Shown here: positions 13,411-26,712 of the stretch, in pieces | How positions within the stretch are numbered: the first letter of the stretch is position 1 | Layout of the letters: each line of letters begins with the position of its first letter | Program-made: the position numbers and the translations under genes | The notes under the pieces: model-generated | The model's input: the letters and a program-made list of their open reading frames with translations, nothing else | Database searches by the model: none | What the model was told of the DNA's origin: nothing | From: Eledone cirrhosa | Lineage: Eukaryota | Length of the DNA: 64,000 bases | Assembly (NCBI GenBank): GCA_964016885.1 | Contig: OZ024740.1 | Coordinates: 272,242,001 to 272,306,000, forward strand | Direction: 5' to 3'

Positions 13411-14000
13411 CCACCACCACCATCACCACCAGCACCAGCACCACCACCACCACCACCACCAGCACCACCACCACCACCACCGTCACCACCACCACCAACA
13501 CCACCACCACCACCAGCACCAGCACCCCCCCCTATCATCACCACCACCATCACCACCATCATCACTACCACCATCACCACCACCTCCATTACCACCAACA
13601 CCACCACCATCGCCACCACTACCCCCCCCACCCATGATGATGATGATGGTGATGGTGATGGTGATGGGGGTGGTGGTGGTGATGGTGGTGATGGTGATGG
13701 TGGTGATGGTGATGATGATGATGGTGATGGTGGTGATGGTGGTGATGGTGGTGGTGATGGTGGTGATGGTGATGGTGGTGATGGTGAGGATGATGGTCAT
13801 GATGATGGTCATGATGATCGTGGTGATGGTGGTGGCGATGATGATGTGATAATGGTGATGATGATGTGATGATGGTGATGATGATGATAGTAATGGCGGT
13901 AATGATGATGATGATGATGATGATGATGGTAATGATGATGATGGTGATGGTGATGGTGATGGTGGTGATGGTGGTGGTGGTGATGATGATGATGATGATG
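13226..14000. repeat. (CCA/CAT)n tract abutting a complementary (GAT/GGT)n tract
   Basis: CCA-rich 13226-13633 switches abruptly to GAT/GGT-rich 13634-14000. Confidence 0.92.
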
Positions 14001-14034
14001 GGGTCGCTGCTGATGATGGTAATCATGATACATA

Positions 14035-14322
14035 CTTGGTGGATCTCCCACCCTATGTGGTCCCTTCCTTCTCCCTATTGAATATATAGTGACATGGGCT
14101 TTAATGTGGAAGGTTCTAGGTGTGAGTCTCGCGTGATGGAATGGCTCTTCCAGAGCGCATCTCCCTTACCAACCTCCGGGGAAACGCCTTCTCCATTCTG
14201 TCCGCTAAGGCCATTTGGCGGCCAGCACGTGGGACCCCATTTGCTCATGATACAGAGATATGGGGACGGTGAGAGAGATGGAGGCGATGACAATGGGGGT
14301 TCGGCCCTTCAGTGTTCGGACA
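14035..14322 (-). repeat. Unclassified interspersed GC-rich repeat (copy 2)
   Basis: Reverse complement of the 5375-5650 motifs (CACGTGGGACCCCATTTG..GAGAGAGATGGAG). Confidence 0.8.
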
Positions 14323-15111
14323 CGTTTATCAATTCTATGTTGCTGCCTTCCGTATTAGGATTTTGTTTTTGTAGAGCCTACAAATGTAGTCACCAGTATA
14401 CGTATTTGTTTTTATTACCATTGGTATTGGACATCTTTATATGCCTTGTTAAAAAATATAAATTTTAAGACTTTTCAGAAGAAATAATGGGTTGATCACC
14501 AGAGTTAAGTCCTGTTTTCTTTCTTGGTTGTTTTTTTTTTCTAATTTGATAGATAGATTTGACTACAGGTTTGGAACATAGAAGTGCTTGTCTCCCTTGC
14601 ATATGTTTTGGATTAAGTTATTAATTCAGACCCAGATATCTGAATACGACAGCAGGGACATATCTTAACAGCTATTTTGTTCCTCACACTCACTAGGGTT
14701 CTATATTGTCAAGTTGTGACCTGCACGATACAACTGTGTGAAGGATGTTTGTTTAGTTTGTCTCCACTATCATATTATATATAATCTGCTTTCTCCATGC
14801 AGCACGATTTGCTGCAAATCCTATTTCTTTTTCGGTCAGGATTCAAAGAATCTTTAAATCACTTCATTGCCTTGGGATGAGGTTTTTATGGTCCTTTAAC
14901 TTTCCATAGAAATCTTACTGGCAGACACTTAACTATGAAACATGACCAACCCATCGCAATCTTCTTTTTATGAGACGTATCTTAATACTCAGACGCTTGA
15001 TTTTCCCAAGTAATTCTTTATCGGGAATTATACTCTGAAAAGTGATACCCAATAAAGGTTTCTGGCTTAAACCCTCAAGCAGTCTGACATGTATTTCATA
15101 GTTCATGCTCA

Positions 15112-15757
15112 TCTATATACTACTAAAACTCTGTGATTGCTTGCTTGCTTGCTTGCTTGTCTATAATGTAATACAGCCAAAAGGGCGCATATTGGGAAAA
15201 CACTTTGAAAGGAATTTGACCCTGAAATGGAATAAAATAAATTTCGGGTAAATCGGTGCATGGGTTCCCGAGGTATGGTGTTTTCTGGGTACCATCATAA
15301 ACAGAGAGAGAGAAGGCTAGATAGAAAGAAATAGTGGTTGTGAGAGAGTAGATTGAAAAAGAGACATAGAGGGAGGGAGAGGAGACAGAGAAGGAGAATG
15401 GAAGAGAGAGCTGGTGGCGTTGTTGTGTATATATGTATGTGAGTGTGTGTGTATATATATGTGTGTGTATATGTGTGTGTGCGTCTATGACCAGTGTATA
15501 TAGATCACAGACACCCACATACACACACCCACATACACACACACACATATATATATTGATATATATATGTATACACACACACACATTTACATATATACAT
15601 ACACATACGTATATATATATATAGGCCTTCCAGTTTCATTTCACATTATATACATGTCTGTGTATATTTTAATTATTTAAAAATTACTTTTAAGTGAACA
15701 TGATTTAAAAAAAATATTTTCAAGTGAACGTGACCCAACGGGTCTCGGGTGGTATAG
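15112..15757 (+). mobile_element. Non-autonomous Helitron-like element (long variant)
   Basis: A|TCTATATACTACTAAAA start, internal (TTGC)n, subterminal hairpin GTGACCCAACGGGTCTC, end GGTATAG|T (degenerate CTAG). Homologous to 30118-30371. Confidence 0.7.
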
Positions 15758-15915
15758 TATACATAAAAACTGTCCTAGGCGCATCTCAGATAGAGTATCC
15801 ATGTGAATACGACATTGTGGCAACTATCATAGTTATCCTATTTGGTCTTCTGCCATCTGCCGAATCCAATAACGTTTTAATTACTCCTGTGGCATAAATT
15901 CATGGGTTCTATTTA

Positions 15916-16110
15916 CAGACCTGCCTACCTCTAAAAACCCAAACAGGGAATACCGTGAAAAAACGTGTCGCCAAACAGGGAGAAATGAGGCAAAATGAGG
16001 GAGATTTTACATAATGAAAGCTATACCCATTTTCCCAAAGTAGACATCTCTCATCCACCCCAAAGTGGGTAGCAGATCTTCCCGTCCGACGGGGAGAGTT
16101 GACAGATTTG
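15916..16110. mobile_element. MITE, second copy of the 5913-6108 family (reverse orientation)
   Basis: CAGACCTGCCTAC ... GTTGACAGATTTG, with TATTTA on both flanks (possible TSD). Confidence 0.72.
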
Positions 16111-16588
16111 TATTTAGCTAGCAGCCAAACAACTGCCAGCCGCAGTAAACTCATCAGCAAATATATTATGACAAGTAATATTTATTACACCTTATCTTGT
16201 CCCAATATTAGTTGGTGGGTAGTGCTCTCCCTAAAGACCTGCTTAACTAAGGACGTTTCCTCTCAAAAGATGCCAAAGAAAAAAGTCCTTGCCATCTACA
16301 AGTTTATGACTATATACCACCAACCTATTCCTTATGTAAACATCACCACTTGGTAGTCGCCCCATTATTTAAGAGAGAAAAACCTTGTCGTGAAACATAC
16401 TAACTCATTAAATTTTATAGTCACAACCGATTGATGTTAAACAGGCAACAACCTATAAAGCAAGCTATAAAGCAATGCCTTTAGATACGCTTGTAAACAT
16501 ACACATGTAAACATGCATGTATACATGCATACACACATACATTCATACATAAATACATATATAAATACGCACACACACACACACACAT

Positions 16589-16633
<45 letters not shown>

Positions 16634-16891
16634 AAAAAGTGTGTAGAAAAAGTTCTATACAGATCACGTTATATGAGGAAAATAATTTAAAAAAGGGTTT
16701 GAAAAGCGCACCTAGTATATATATACAAAGGATCTTTATAATATGTATAAAAAATTAATGTTAGCAAAGCCTGCTTTCTCCGTTTCGGATCTTCAAAACA
16801 GTTGTTATTAGGTTAGATTGCTTTTTCGTAAAAACTCCTGCATGTTTTCCAATGTGGTTGAAAATCACCATGCAGGAGTTTTTTTCATTTT

Positions 16892-16935
<44 letters not shown>

Positions 16936-18339
16936 TCCATTGGATAGCTGTTGACTCTCCTGATTTCAGCCCATCTTTAACAGGTTTTGACATTCATCCC
17001 GCCGAGTGTTCAACTCCTCCCTCCCCAGTAAGCAGTCATAGTGGTAATGCTGGGTTAGTTACTAACGGATCGACTGTTTGATTATACAGATCATTGGAAT
17101 CTTCTCTTCCCAATTCCTCCTCCTTTAGATATGTTCTGTTTTTCATGTCATAAAGTCTTCATCAAGCAGGCTTAATCACCGAGTGCACGACTGTGTAGAG
17201 GTTGTATTGGTTCACACGTGTAAATAGAGCTACAAATACACATACGTGCTCATATACAAGCACAAATACATACGCATATGAGCAACCATATATACAAACA
17301 TATATAAAGAAATATGGAATAAAACCTCGTTAAATGTCGTGAATGGAGGATGATAACGGTATAATATACATCCATGCATATATCCATTTATGCACTCATA
17401 CCTACATGGATGCATACATACATACATTTATATACACATGCATACATGTATGCATTTAGCCACATGGATAATACCTAAATTCCAATGAATGGGCCTTGCT
17501 TCTGTTTTAAAAAAAGCGGAACATACATATATCATTCCATATATAGAGACACGTACATAAATGGGCACAGATACACATATATAACTACATACGTGCATAT
17601 ATGCATACACATATCTTTGCTGTCTTAAAGACACACGTACGAAAACAATAAACCACATAAACGCACATATACATACATTGCTAGTAATATACACTTGGGA
17701 ACACAGGCAAGATCACGCACGCTAACACGGACATCATTTAAAGAAAGAAACAAACAAGTTAATGAAATATATGTAAATAAAACTAAAAACAATATGGAAG
17801 CTGTGATCAAATTATTTCTCCACGTTTTAATATCAACTCCTTTGCTCCCATTCCAACATTCTTCTTCTCCTCCCACTGTTGTCCCTCCTCCTGCACCTTT
17901 TCCTGCTTCTCTTCCTGTTTCTGCCTCCGCCATCTCTTCCTTACTATCATCATAATGAACAGCAGCAGTAGTAGCAATAATAAAAACAGCAGCAGCAGCA
18001 GCAACAACAACAACAACAACAACAACAACCAAAATGGCAACAGAAACAACAGTAGGAATAGCAACAGCCATAAGAATAACAACAGAAGTAGCAACAACAT
18101 CAACAACAGCAGCAACAACATCAACAATAGCAACAACAGCAATAACAGCAGCAGTAGCAGCGAAGTGAGCTTTTAAGACTTGCTAGAAAGAGCGACTAAA
18201 TCACCTTTATATCATTACATCTCAGTACCTTTAACATAAGGAAGGACATATTGGGCAATGTAGAGCTAGATGTACAAAACGAAGAGTTGGTTAATGATGG
18301 AACGCCTTTAATCGTAAGATTTAATAGATCAAGGTTGGT

Positions 18340-18970
18340 GGTAGCATTGGTTACACGTTCTGTGTTTGAATCCCGCCAGGTTAACTTTGTCTTTCATCCT
18401 TACGTGATCGATAAAATAAAGTACCAGTAAAGCACTGGGGTCGATTCTAGCGACATTCCCTTCCCCATAATTGTTGGCCGTGTGCCTAGATCAGAAACCT
18501 TTAGTAATCCGGAAGAGGGAGGCAGTATCGGTAGGAAGTCGGACAAAATACTATGCAATATTTAGTTACAAATTTCTACTTTCTGTGTTTAAATCGCATC
18601 GAGGTTAATTCTGCATTTCTTCCTTCAGGGCTGGATAAGGTAAAGTACCAGTCAACTACTGGGGTCGATACGTTCGATTTTCCCCTCCCCAGTTTGCTGG
18701 CCTTGAGCCAATGCTAGAAATAATTATTTAATTGGAAGCTTCTACGCTGTTCACCTCTCATAGACATTGGTTTCTGATTTAGGCACAAGGCCAACCATTT
18801 TGGGGGAGGGGAAAGTCGATTAAATCAACTCCAGTGTATTACTAGTACCTCATTTTAGCGATTCCTTAAGGATGAAAGGCAAAGCTAACCTCGGCGGCAT
18901 ATGAACTTAAAAGACTGTAACTCTGTACCACGAAGCAACGCTCTACCGATACTGCCAATCAACCGCCATA
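18340..18970. mobile_element. Cluster of three family-1 SINEs (two plus, one minus)
   Basis: Core CTTTCATCC..CGATAAAATAAAGTACCAG at about 18390 and 18615 (diverged), reverse copy at 18765-18970. Confidence 0.82.
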
Positions 18971-19357
18971 ACCTCTGATAGATATTGGAAACATTAACTA
19001 CGTTTAAATCTGCACTATCAATAGCTGTTCAACTTCAACACCAATACAAGCTGATGAAATAATCTAAATTAAAATATCAAATCAAATAATTAATGAGAAG
19101 ATGCGAGACAAATGCGTTATATTGATTCCCAAGCAAATTAAGATGTCACCCAGCTAAACACTGAGAAAAGAAAATGAAATTTAGAATGTTCGCAAGAAGT
19201 ATTAAACTGTTTCCAAAAGCGAGAAGGCGCTAGAATATTTGTTTATACAGTCTATATTGGAGTATGGTCTGGTATTGATATGTGAAGAAACGGTTGAAAG
19301 CTCTGTACTATACATAGAGCACTCTTCTTTCCTTTACCATTTCTACGGAAATACTTA

Positions 19358-19388
<31 letters not shown>

Positions 19389-19389
19389 C

Positions 19390-19421
<32 letters not shown>

Positions 19422-19847
19422 GAAGAGAGAGGGAGAGAGAGGGGAGAGAGAGAGGGGAGATGGAGAGGGAGAGGGAGAGAAAGAGGTAGAGAGGGAGAGG
19501 GAGAGTGAAATAGTTTTGTAATATTATCTGTTACACAACGTGTATAAGACATAATATATTGGATTAATGAAATCGTCATACCATGCTGTATTTAGATAGG
19601 GTTCTTTGCGTACTCAGATTCAATCTCGCTGAATTAAATTTTGTTCGCTTTCCGGGGTCTATAAAATAAAGTAGCAGTGAGTTTACTATGCCCAAATTAA
19701 ACGACTAACCACTCCCTTTTATCCAAAAATTTGTTAACTTGTGACTACATTATAACTTATCAGTTATGAATGTAGCAAGATAAACATTTTAACTGAATTC
19801 AGTACTTCAATAATGTCTTCAGAAACATGTCTAAAAATCTAAATTCT

Positions 19848-20105
19848 GTCTTAAGCCAGAAGGCTCACTTGGCCGGTGCTTATCCCGCTTTCATGGCATG
19901 AAGCGACTGAGGGTACAATATTCTCCCCAGGACGCCAGTCCATCGTAGGGTTAAACCCCTAGCTATTGCTGGTACTCATTTTCAGCTGAGTATACTGGAG
20001 CAAAGTGAAATGAAGTGTTTGCTCAAGAACACAACACGCAACCCAGGAATCGAACCCACGACGTTATGATCGTAAGTCCAACACCCTTACCACTAGGCCA
20101 CATGG
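19848..20105 (-). mobile_element. tRNA-derived SINE (family 2)
   Basis: Minus strand: GTGGCCTAGTGGTAAGGGTG A-box, GGTTCGATTCC B-box, GTGTTCTTGAGCAAACACTTCATTTCAC core. Confidence 0.8.
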
Positions 20106-20532
20106 GCATCTCACAGTAGCATTTGTATCACCTTCACAACCATTCTGTTAACTTGAATCGTTAGTAAACCGTCAATACCGTGCCTTTATATACAAAGTAG
20201 AATCTTCAAATAAATGACAGCAAGAGTTAAAACTACGAAAAACAGTGAAAAAGAAAATCGTTAGCATGAATGTCCTTGAGCATTAAACCCCTTTTCTGCA
20301 GGTACTTGATAACACCACGATGACAAATTTTGTCCATTTTCAAGAGAGGCCGTTACTAGTTACTTTTGAAGTCGTCTTTGAACAGTCAGCTCACCCTTAT
20401 ATATGTTTGATGCAACACTATTGAATGATGCTGCTCGTCATGATAAACGTTTAAATTGTTGATACTGTGAACACAATTATATCTTTATTTTACTTCTCTA
20501 CGTCATACTATTAAATTTTATATCTACTATAG

Positions 20533-20645
20533 TCTGCCGGGGCCGCGGGACGGCCAGCACGTGGGCCCCCATTTGCTCATAATAAAGTGAGAGAGGGGGA
20601 GAGCTGGAGAGACATTGGGAGGCTGGTTCTTTTGTGTTCGGACCT
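20533..20645 (-). repeat. Unclassified interspersed GC-rich repeat (copy 3, partial)
   Basis: GGCCAGCACGTGGGCCCCCATTTGCTCAT..GTGTTCGGAC matches copy 2. Confidence 0.7.
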
Positions 20646-21459
20646 GGTGTATATATGTGTATATAAGAGAGAATGAGTCTTTCCCACTATTAGTTAAATT
20701 ATTGACCTGTAAAAGTTCTAGGTTATTCTCAAGACAGAAACTACACAACTTGACAACAAATGAAGCTGTCTTTTAGTAAAATTCCATTATCACATTTCAC
20801 ACTAATAGTTGTCTGAAGAACTTTACACAACCTTCTATCAATACAATATAGAAACATTTCTATTATATCTTGATAATTTACATGTCTTTTCTTTGATTAA
20901 TATACTGATTATTATTGTAATTACGTCTGCCAAACTTAGCTCTCGTAATATCTTAAGTGGTGTAATAGTAAACTATTGGCCCAGAAAATTATTTTAATTA
21001 TTAATGAGTTGTTTAATAATTAAAGTAACATTTCATTGTTAAGTAAATAATTTTGAAGAGATTTTTTTAAAGAAATTGAGAGAAAGGGACATCCGAACGA
21101 ACATCCTCCACCTCCAACTAACTTACCTGCCTCATGATCTCGGACGACAGAATGGAGAATATATTGCCCCAGAAGACAGCAAGTGAGACGCGCTGGAATA
21201 GCCACTCCACTTCGTGGGACTCGCGCCTGCAAGCGGCCAACTCCGCTCCGATATCTTAATATGAATCGGAATGAATAGTGAGTGACTAGCAACTCTAGCT
21301 TCACAGATGTTTCTTGCATCTTTACCTTCAGAGCTGTATCAAATCAACGATGTGCTTTGGTTTTCCTTTCCAATGTCTCCGAGCTTTACGCAACCAGTTT
21401 TCATGGTTTGTAAATGAATGTTAATTTTAATATATCCGAGGATTAAAGGTACTACGTAT

Positions 21460-21494
<35 letters not shown>

Positions 21495-23079
21495 TTTGTT
21501 TATTTATTTTTAAACAATAGCATCGTTGATTACAAGTTTCAAAACGAGACAAACATTGGTTCTCACTGCATTTATGATGTCAAAATTGACTTTTCAAACA
21601 GCAGGCAAAATTACTACAAGGTATTTTTGTTCGAAAACACAGGTTTATAAAGTAATTCTTATTGAGAGTTTACTTTTTTACTCTGATGTTCGAATAATTC
21701 ACAATAATATATAATTCTTTTATTACTGTGAATATTTTTCCTGGGAAGGAAAATGTCAAGAATCAGTGTACATGTCTTTCTCATCGACATTAACGGTGAA
21801 AGAATAGGCAATGTTTTCATCCCAAATCGAATGAAAATTACGAGCCCGTCCCGTTACCTCCCAGGAGCTTACTATTGTCTTGCACTATAATTAAACAATA
21901 GTAAGAATGTTATTCGTTTCTCATTCTTTTCTCTGGTATTTGTTTTCTCTCTCTCCACACACACATGAGCATATGAGTTGAAAAATGGGTAAAAACGTAT
22001 CCATTACTGACAGACAAAAGTCTATTTTATTGTAAGAGTGAGAATATATTTTGTTTCTATTCGGCTAATCATCAACATAGCGACGACGGCAACAACAACA
22101 ATGACAACAACAACAACAACAACAAATACAAAATTATTTCTACTTTTGGTACAAGGCTAGCAATTTCAAGGGAAGGAGAAAGTCGATTAAATCGACCCTA
22201 GTGCGTTACTTGTATTTTATTTTATCGACCCCGTAAGAATGAAAGAACTTAAAGAACTGGAATAAATACTGCTAAGCATTTAGCCGATGCTCTAACAACT
22301 CTGCCAATCCACCAGCTCTTGTCTTATTCCATCTTCATAGCTGAGTGTCAAGGATCATGGAAAATTACACTAATGTTTATGATTCTTATCGCGAAAAAAG
22401 TGACGTCAGTGTGTCCCGAATCCTCGTCCAACCATTACACGAAAACTGGCTACCGACTATCAGCCCATCCACATTCATCACAAGGATGAAGCCCCTAGTC
22501 ACTCGAAATGTTGTCACGAAAGTGACTAAGGAATCCCATCTACCTCAGTTTTGAAATCAGAGTGACCCTTCTAACCAGACTGTCAGTCAAGGCTAACGAG
22601 CTTTGTCACCCGTTTTTTTTTTTACACACTATTGGATAGCGATTTGAACAAAAAAAAGGGCTTGGAAATTATCTGTTTTCAAAGTTTTCAGCGCCGATTA
22701 ACATACCATTTCCTTCACCATAACCATAGGACACATGAAGACTACACATCCTTTTATGCCAAAAGAAGGCGGTAGTTTGATGTTCACCATTCATTCGACA
22801 GACAGCTGGGTCAAACTGCCAACGTTGATGAGAACCTAGCTGAAGAAGAATGGTGTCTATTTTCAGGCCTTTAATTCGTATCCCCCAAACAAATTCACGA
22901 CTGAAATGCTTGAATCATAGGTCTGTTCGATCAAGGGCGACTTATGGCTCATCAACAATGTGAAGGTGGGCATAATAATCATTTCTAACATTGGTACCTA
23001 ACTCATAATTGCGAGGCCATGGCACGGCACAATTCTATTTTATATGGTGTCCCAAACATGGCTGGTATATATAGTAAAC

Positions 23080-23412
23080 GAGGAAGTATGAACATCGAAG
23101 CCAAACTCTGTTAGATTTTAACTTAGAATTAAAAAAAACAACATCACTATATAATTGTTTCTACTTTTGTTACAAGGCCAGCAATTATCCCAGTGCATTA
23201 CTGGTACTTTATTTTATCGACCCCGTAAGGCTGAAAGGCATTTGAGGTTAAATTTGCCTTCCATCCTTACAGGGTCGATAAAATAAAGTACCAGTAATAT
23301 ACTGGGATAATTGCTGGCCTTGTACCAAAAATAGAAACAATTATTTAATGATGTTTCTTTAATTTCTAAGTTAAAATCTAACAGAGTTTGACTTCGATGT
23401 TCATACTTCTTC
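23080..23412. repeat. ~330-bp imperfect palindrome made of SINE 3' halves plus a duplicated non-SINE flank
   Basis: GAAGTATGAACATCGAAGCCAAACTCTGTTAGATTTTAACTTAGAA on the left is the reverse complement of TTCTAAGTTAAAATCTAACAGAGTTTGACTTCGATGTTCATACTTC on the right. Centre near 23247. Confidence 0.9.
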
Positions 23413-24139
23413 AAGTCATTAAGTCTGACCCTCTACCAATTCTACCACCCACCTCTCTAAATATAATGGGTAATCACAGTCACCACCACCACCACCACCA
23501 CCGCAACCGCTACCAGAGCACCACCACCACCACCACCACCACCACCACCACCGCCACCACTGCCACAACCACCACCAACCGACCGCTAACACCACCACGA
23601 CCACCTTCACAACCACTAACAACAATAATAACACTTAATTCAAATGGAAATATATTTATTTGTTTCTGTTTTCTATTCACAACTGCATTTTGCATTTTCG
23701 TAGGAATATTCATCGAATTTTCGAGATCGCTGATTTGCACAGAAGCTGTGAAATACATCCGTATAGACGGAAGTTTTTTTTTTATTACAATAACCCCTCC
23801 GCCCCAGCCTCCTTAAAATAACAAAAAAAAAAATGTATATCAATAACCAAAAATACACCAAGCATAAAAAAAGAAAATCCAAGAACAACAACAACGAAAA
23901 CTCCAACAAACCAAATGGGATGTTATGGCGGTATGTGTGAAGAATAGCAAGATGTTTGAGTCATTTAGATGCGTCTCTTAACTTCCGGTGTATAGGAGAA
24001 GCCATTACAAAGCAATATGCGCTTGCTTTTATTGACTTCTCCCGCCACATTCCCGCCCTCTAGTCTCCTAATCGTTCAGCATTCATGTCAACTTGATTGT
24101 CATATGAAACCATGATAATGGTTTCATAATGATGCTTAC

Positions 24140-24142
<3 letters not shown>

Positions 24143-24204
<62 letters not shown>

Positions 24205-24370
24205 TAAAGGGAAAGCTATAGAAGGAGAGGAAGAGAGAGAGAGAGAGAGAGGAGGGTGGGAGAGAACGATATATATATATATATATAGAAAAGACTGAGA
24301 AGTAGTTAAGAAAAAAGGGAAAGCTAAAGAAAGTAAGAAACAAAGAAAGAGAAAGCTAGCTAGAGAAAGG

Positions 24371-24411
<41 letters not shown>

Positions 24412-24517
24412 GGAGAGAGAGAATCTGTGTGTGTGTGAGAGAGAGAGAGAGGGAGAGGGAGGGAGAGAGAGAGAGAAAAGACTGAGAGGTAGTTAACAAA
24501 AAAGAGAAAGGTAGAAT

Positions 24518-24573
<56 letters not shown>

Positions 24574-25016
24574 TAAAGAAAGAGAGAGCGAAAGAGAGAG
24601 AGAGAAAGAGGGGAGAGAGAAAGAAAGAAACGGAGAACTAGAGAGAGAAAGAGAGAGAAAGAGCGAGAGAGAGAGAGAAAGAGGGGGAGAGAGAGAGAGA
24701 GAAAGAGGGAGAGAGAGGCAGAAATAAGGAGAGAGAGGCAGAAAGAAAGAGAGAGCTAGAGAGAGAAAGAGGGAGAGAGCGGGAGAGAGAAAGAGAGAGA
24801 AAGGGAGAGATGGAGGAAGGAAGAAAGAAAGAGAGAGCGAGAGAGAGAAAGAGGGAGAGAGTGGGAGAGAGATAGAGAGAGAGGAAGAAAGAAAGAGAGA
24901 GCGAGAGAAGGCGAGAGCGAGAGAAGAAAGAGGGAGAGAGAGAAAGAGAGAGTGAGAGTGAGAGAAAGAGCGGGAGAGAGAAAGAGAGAGTGAGAGAGAG
25001 AGAGAAAGAGGGAGAG
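24143..25016. repeat. Long GA-rich polypurine tract
   Basis: Direct reading. Confidence 0.95.
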
Positions 25017-25131
25017 TATCAAATGACATAGAAATGTACGTGTACAGCCACTTACCTTCACAAAACAGACACAAACAAAAGACATACACAAGTACACATA
25101 CATAATAGAATACATGTGCATATTCATATGA

Positions 25132-25325
25132 ATAATTGTTTCTAATTTTGGCACAAGGCCAGCAATTAACCAGTACATTACTGGTACTTTATTTTATCGA
25201 CCCCGTAAGGATGAAAGGCTAAGTTAACCTTGGCGGGATTTGAACTCAGAATGGCAAGGGCCGTAACTCTATGCGTCAAAGCATGGCGTCCGACCCTCTA
25301 CCGTTACTGCCAATCCACCGCTCCC
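25132..25325 (-). mobile_element. Family-1 tRNA-SINE (short variant)
   Basis: Reverse complement of the family consensus: AATTGTTTCT..GGCACAAGGCCAGC..GATTTGAACTC..CTGCCAATCCACCG. Confidence 0.9.
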
Positions 25326-25401
25326 ATATTCATATGAATAATGCCCGAATAATATAAACGTATAAGACCCTCCCTCATACACACAAGAGGATATACACAG
25401 A

Positions 25402-25490
<89 letters not shown>

Positions 25491-25758
25491 GAGTACACAA
25501 TTATACAACATACGTATTAATAAAACAACTGCAAATACATGAGGATTTAGAAAGAAAACTACTCCATATTTTGTCTCGTCCCCACTTTCTGTCTTTTTGT
25601 GGACTCTAGATCTCTGACATTCGGTATACATATACTGAATATATATATATTTTCCACTCTACTACCGTAAAGTATCGAGTACTCTGGGGCGTTATGGTCC
25701 ACCTGGTTCCTTACGACATTCCTTCGTTATATATATATATATATACGCCGGTCAATAT

Positions 25759-26088
25759 ATGAAAACAAAAACTGGAAAAATATTCCCAAATGCAAATATC
25801 AACTGCAAAAGCAGAAATCTAATTTACTGTATTAAATGCCCGAATTGTGAAGAACTATATGTCCGTCAAACTGGAAATGCACTATCGGAACGTGCACGGG
25901 TACACCGACAGCAAATCAGAGACCCAAATGTCCGTCAGATACCTCTAAGTAACCATCTAGCAACATGTGGTCAGGGAATATTTATAATATTCCCATTCTA
26001 CAAATTACACAGCCCAAGTGAAATCAAGAGAAAAATCAAAGAAAAGAATTTTATTGATAAATTCAAACCCAAGCTAAATGAACAATAA
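25759..26088 (+). pseudogene. GIY-YIG endonuclease domain of a 5'-truncated Penelope-like element (Neptune/Naiad-like)
   Basis: NCKSRNLIYCIKCPNCEELYVRQTG..LSERARVHR..LSNH..KEKNFIDKFKPKLN: IY..CxxC..YVxQT layout with the conserved R, E and terminal P.LN. Starts right after a (TA)n tract. Confidence 0.85.
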
Positions 26089-26314
26089 TAATGGGGGATT
26101 ACTCCTACTATGACTATGACTACGACTACGACCATATCGACCATATCGACTACGACCACTAACAACAACAACAACAATAATAATAATAATAAAAGTGATG
26201 TTGATAACTAGAAAATGCTATTTTCATCATTTCTAAAAATAGCAAAACAATTGATGCTTTGGATAGGGTCAATTAGTAGTCGTTAGACATGCTCAACCAA
26301 CCGTGACGCCTAAA

Positions 26315-26411
26315 CCAATCAGCTTTAGTAATCCAGTGAAACTACACACCGATTGGTCGAAATACAGTTTGTAAGATTTAGCATTCTTGAGCCACTTTTC
26401 ACTGTATATAA
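26315..26411 (+). promoter_or_regulatory. Putative pLTR promoter (CCAAT, inverted CCAAT, TATA box)
   Basis: CCAAT 26315-26319, ATTGG 26352-26356, TATATAA 26405-26411, about 65 nt upstream of a hammerhead and downstream of the GIY-YIG ORF. Confidence 0.45.
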
Positions 26412-26474
26412 GGCACAAAATTTACCCATCTCTTTACAGTTGAAAATTGCAAACTTGACTGTCACCACACAATA

Positions 26475-26513
26475 TGAGCCTGAAGATTGCGAAAGCATGA
26501 AAGTACTTGTTCA
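26475..26513 (+). ncRNA. Minimal type-I hammerhead ribozyme (Penelope pLTR type)
   Basis: Stem I TGAGC/GTTCA, core CTGAAGA, stem II TGC-GAAA-GCA, GAA, palindromic stem III AGTACT, cleavage triplet CUU. Confidence 0.8.
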
Positions 26514-26665
26514 ATTAACACTTAATATTTAATATTCTACCATACTATTTCATTCTAATACCATTATAAATTTTAAAGGATTGTAAATAAAACGAGTAAA
26601 TCAGACAAAGTTGGAATTCCTTTTATTAATATAATCTTCTATACACAATCATACACCCCCGTGTA

Positions 26666-26712
<47 letters not shown>

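Noticed and set aside
13054-13869. 271-aa Pro-rich then Gly/Asp-rich ORF resembling formin or extensin
   Set aside because: Entirely (CTT)/(CCA)/(GAT/GGT) trinucleotide repeats, open in several frames, with no flanking domain.
14640-14775. Minus-strand translation SFTQLYRAGHNLTI..ICPCC, weakly like a LINE C-terminal zinc-finger region
   Set aside because: Too short and interrupted by stops to support a call.
16765-16800. Hammerhead-like layout on the minus strand (TTGAAGA-TCC GAAAC GGA-GAAAGCAGGCTT)
   Set aside because: The core C is mutated and stem I does not pair; at best a decayed relic.
22345-22830. Non-repetitive segment with a 69-aa ORF, possible exon or transposase relic
   Set aside because: No recognisable motif or convincing splice-bounded frame.
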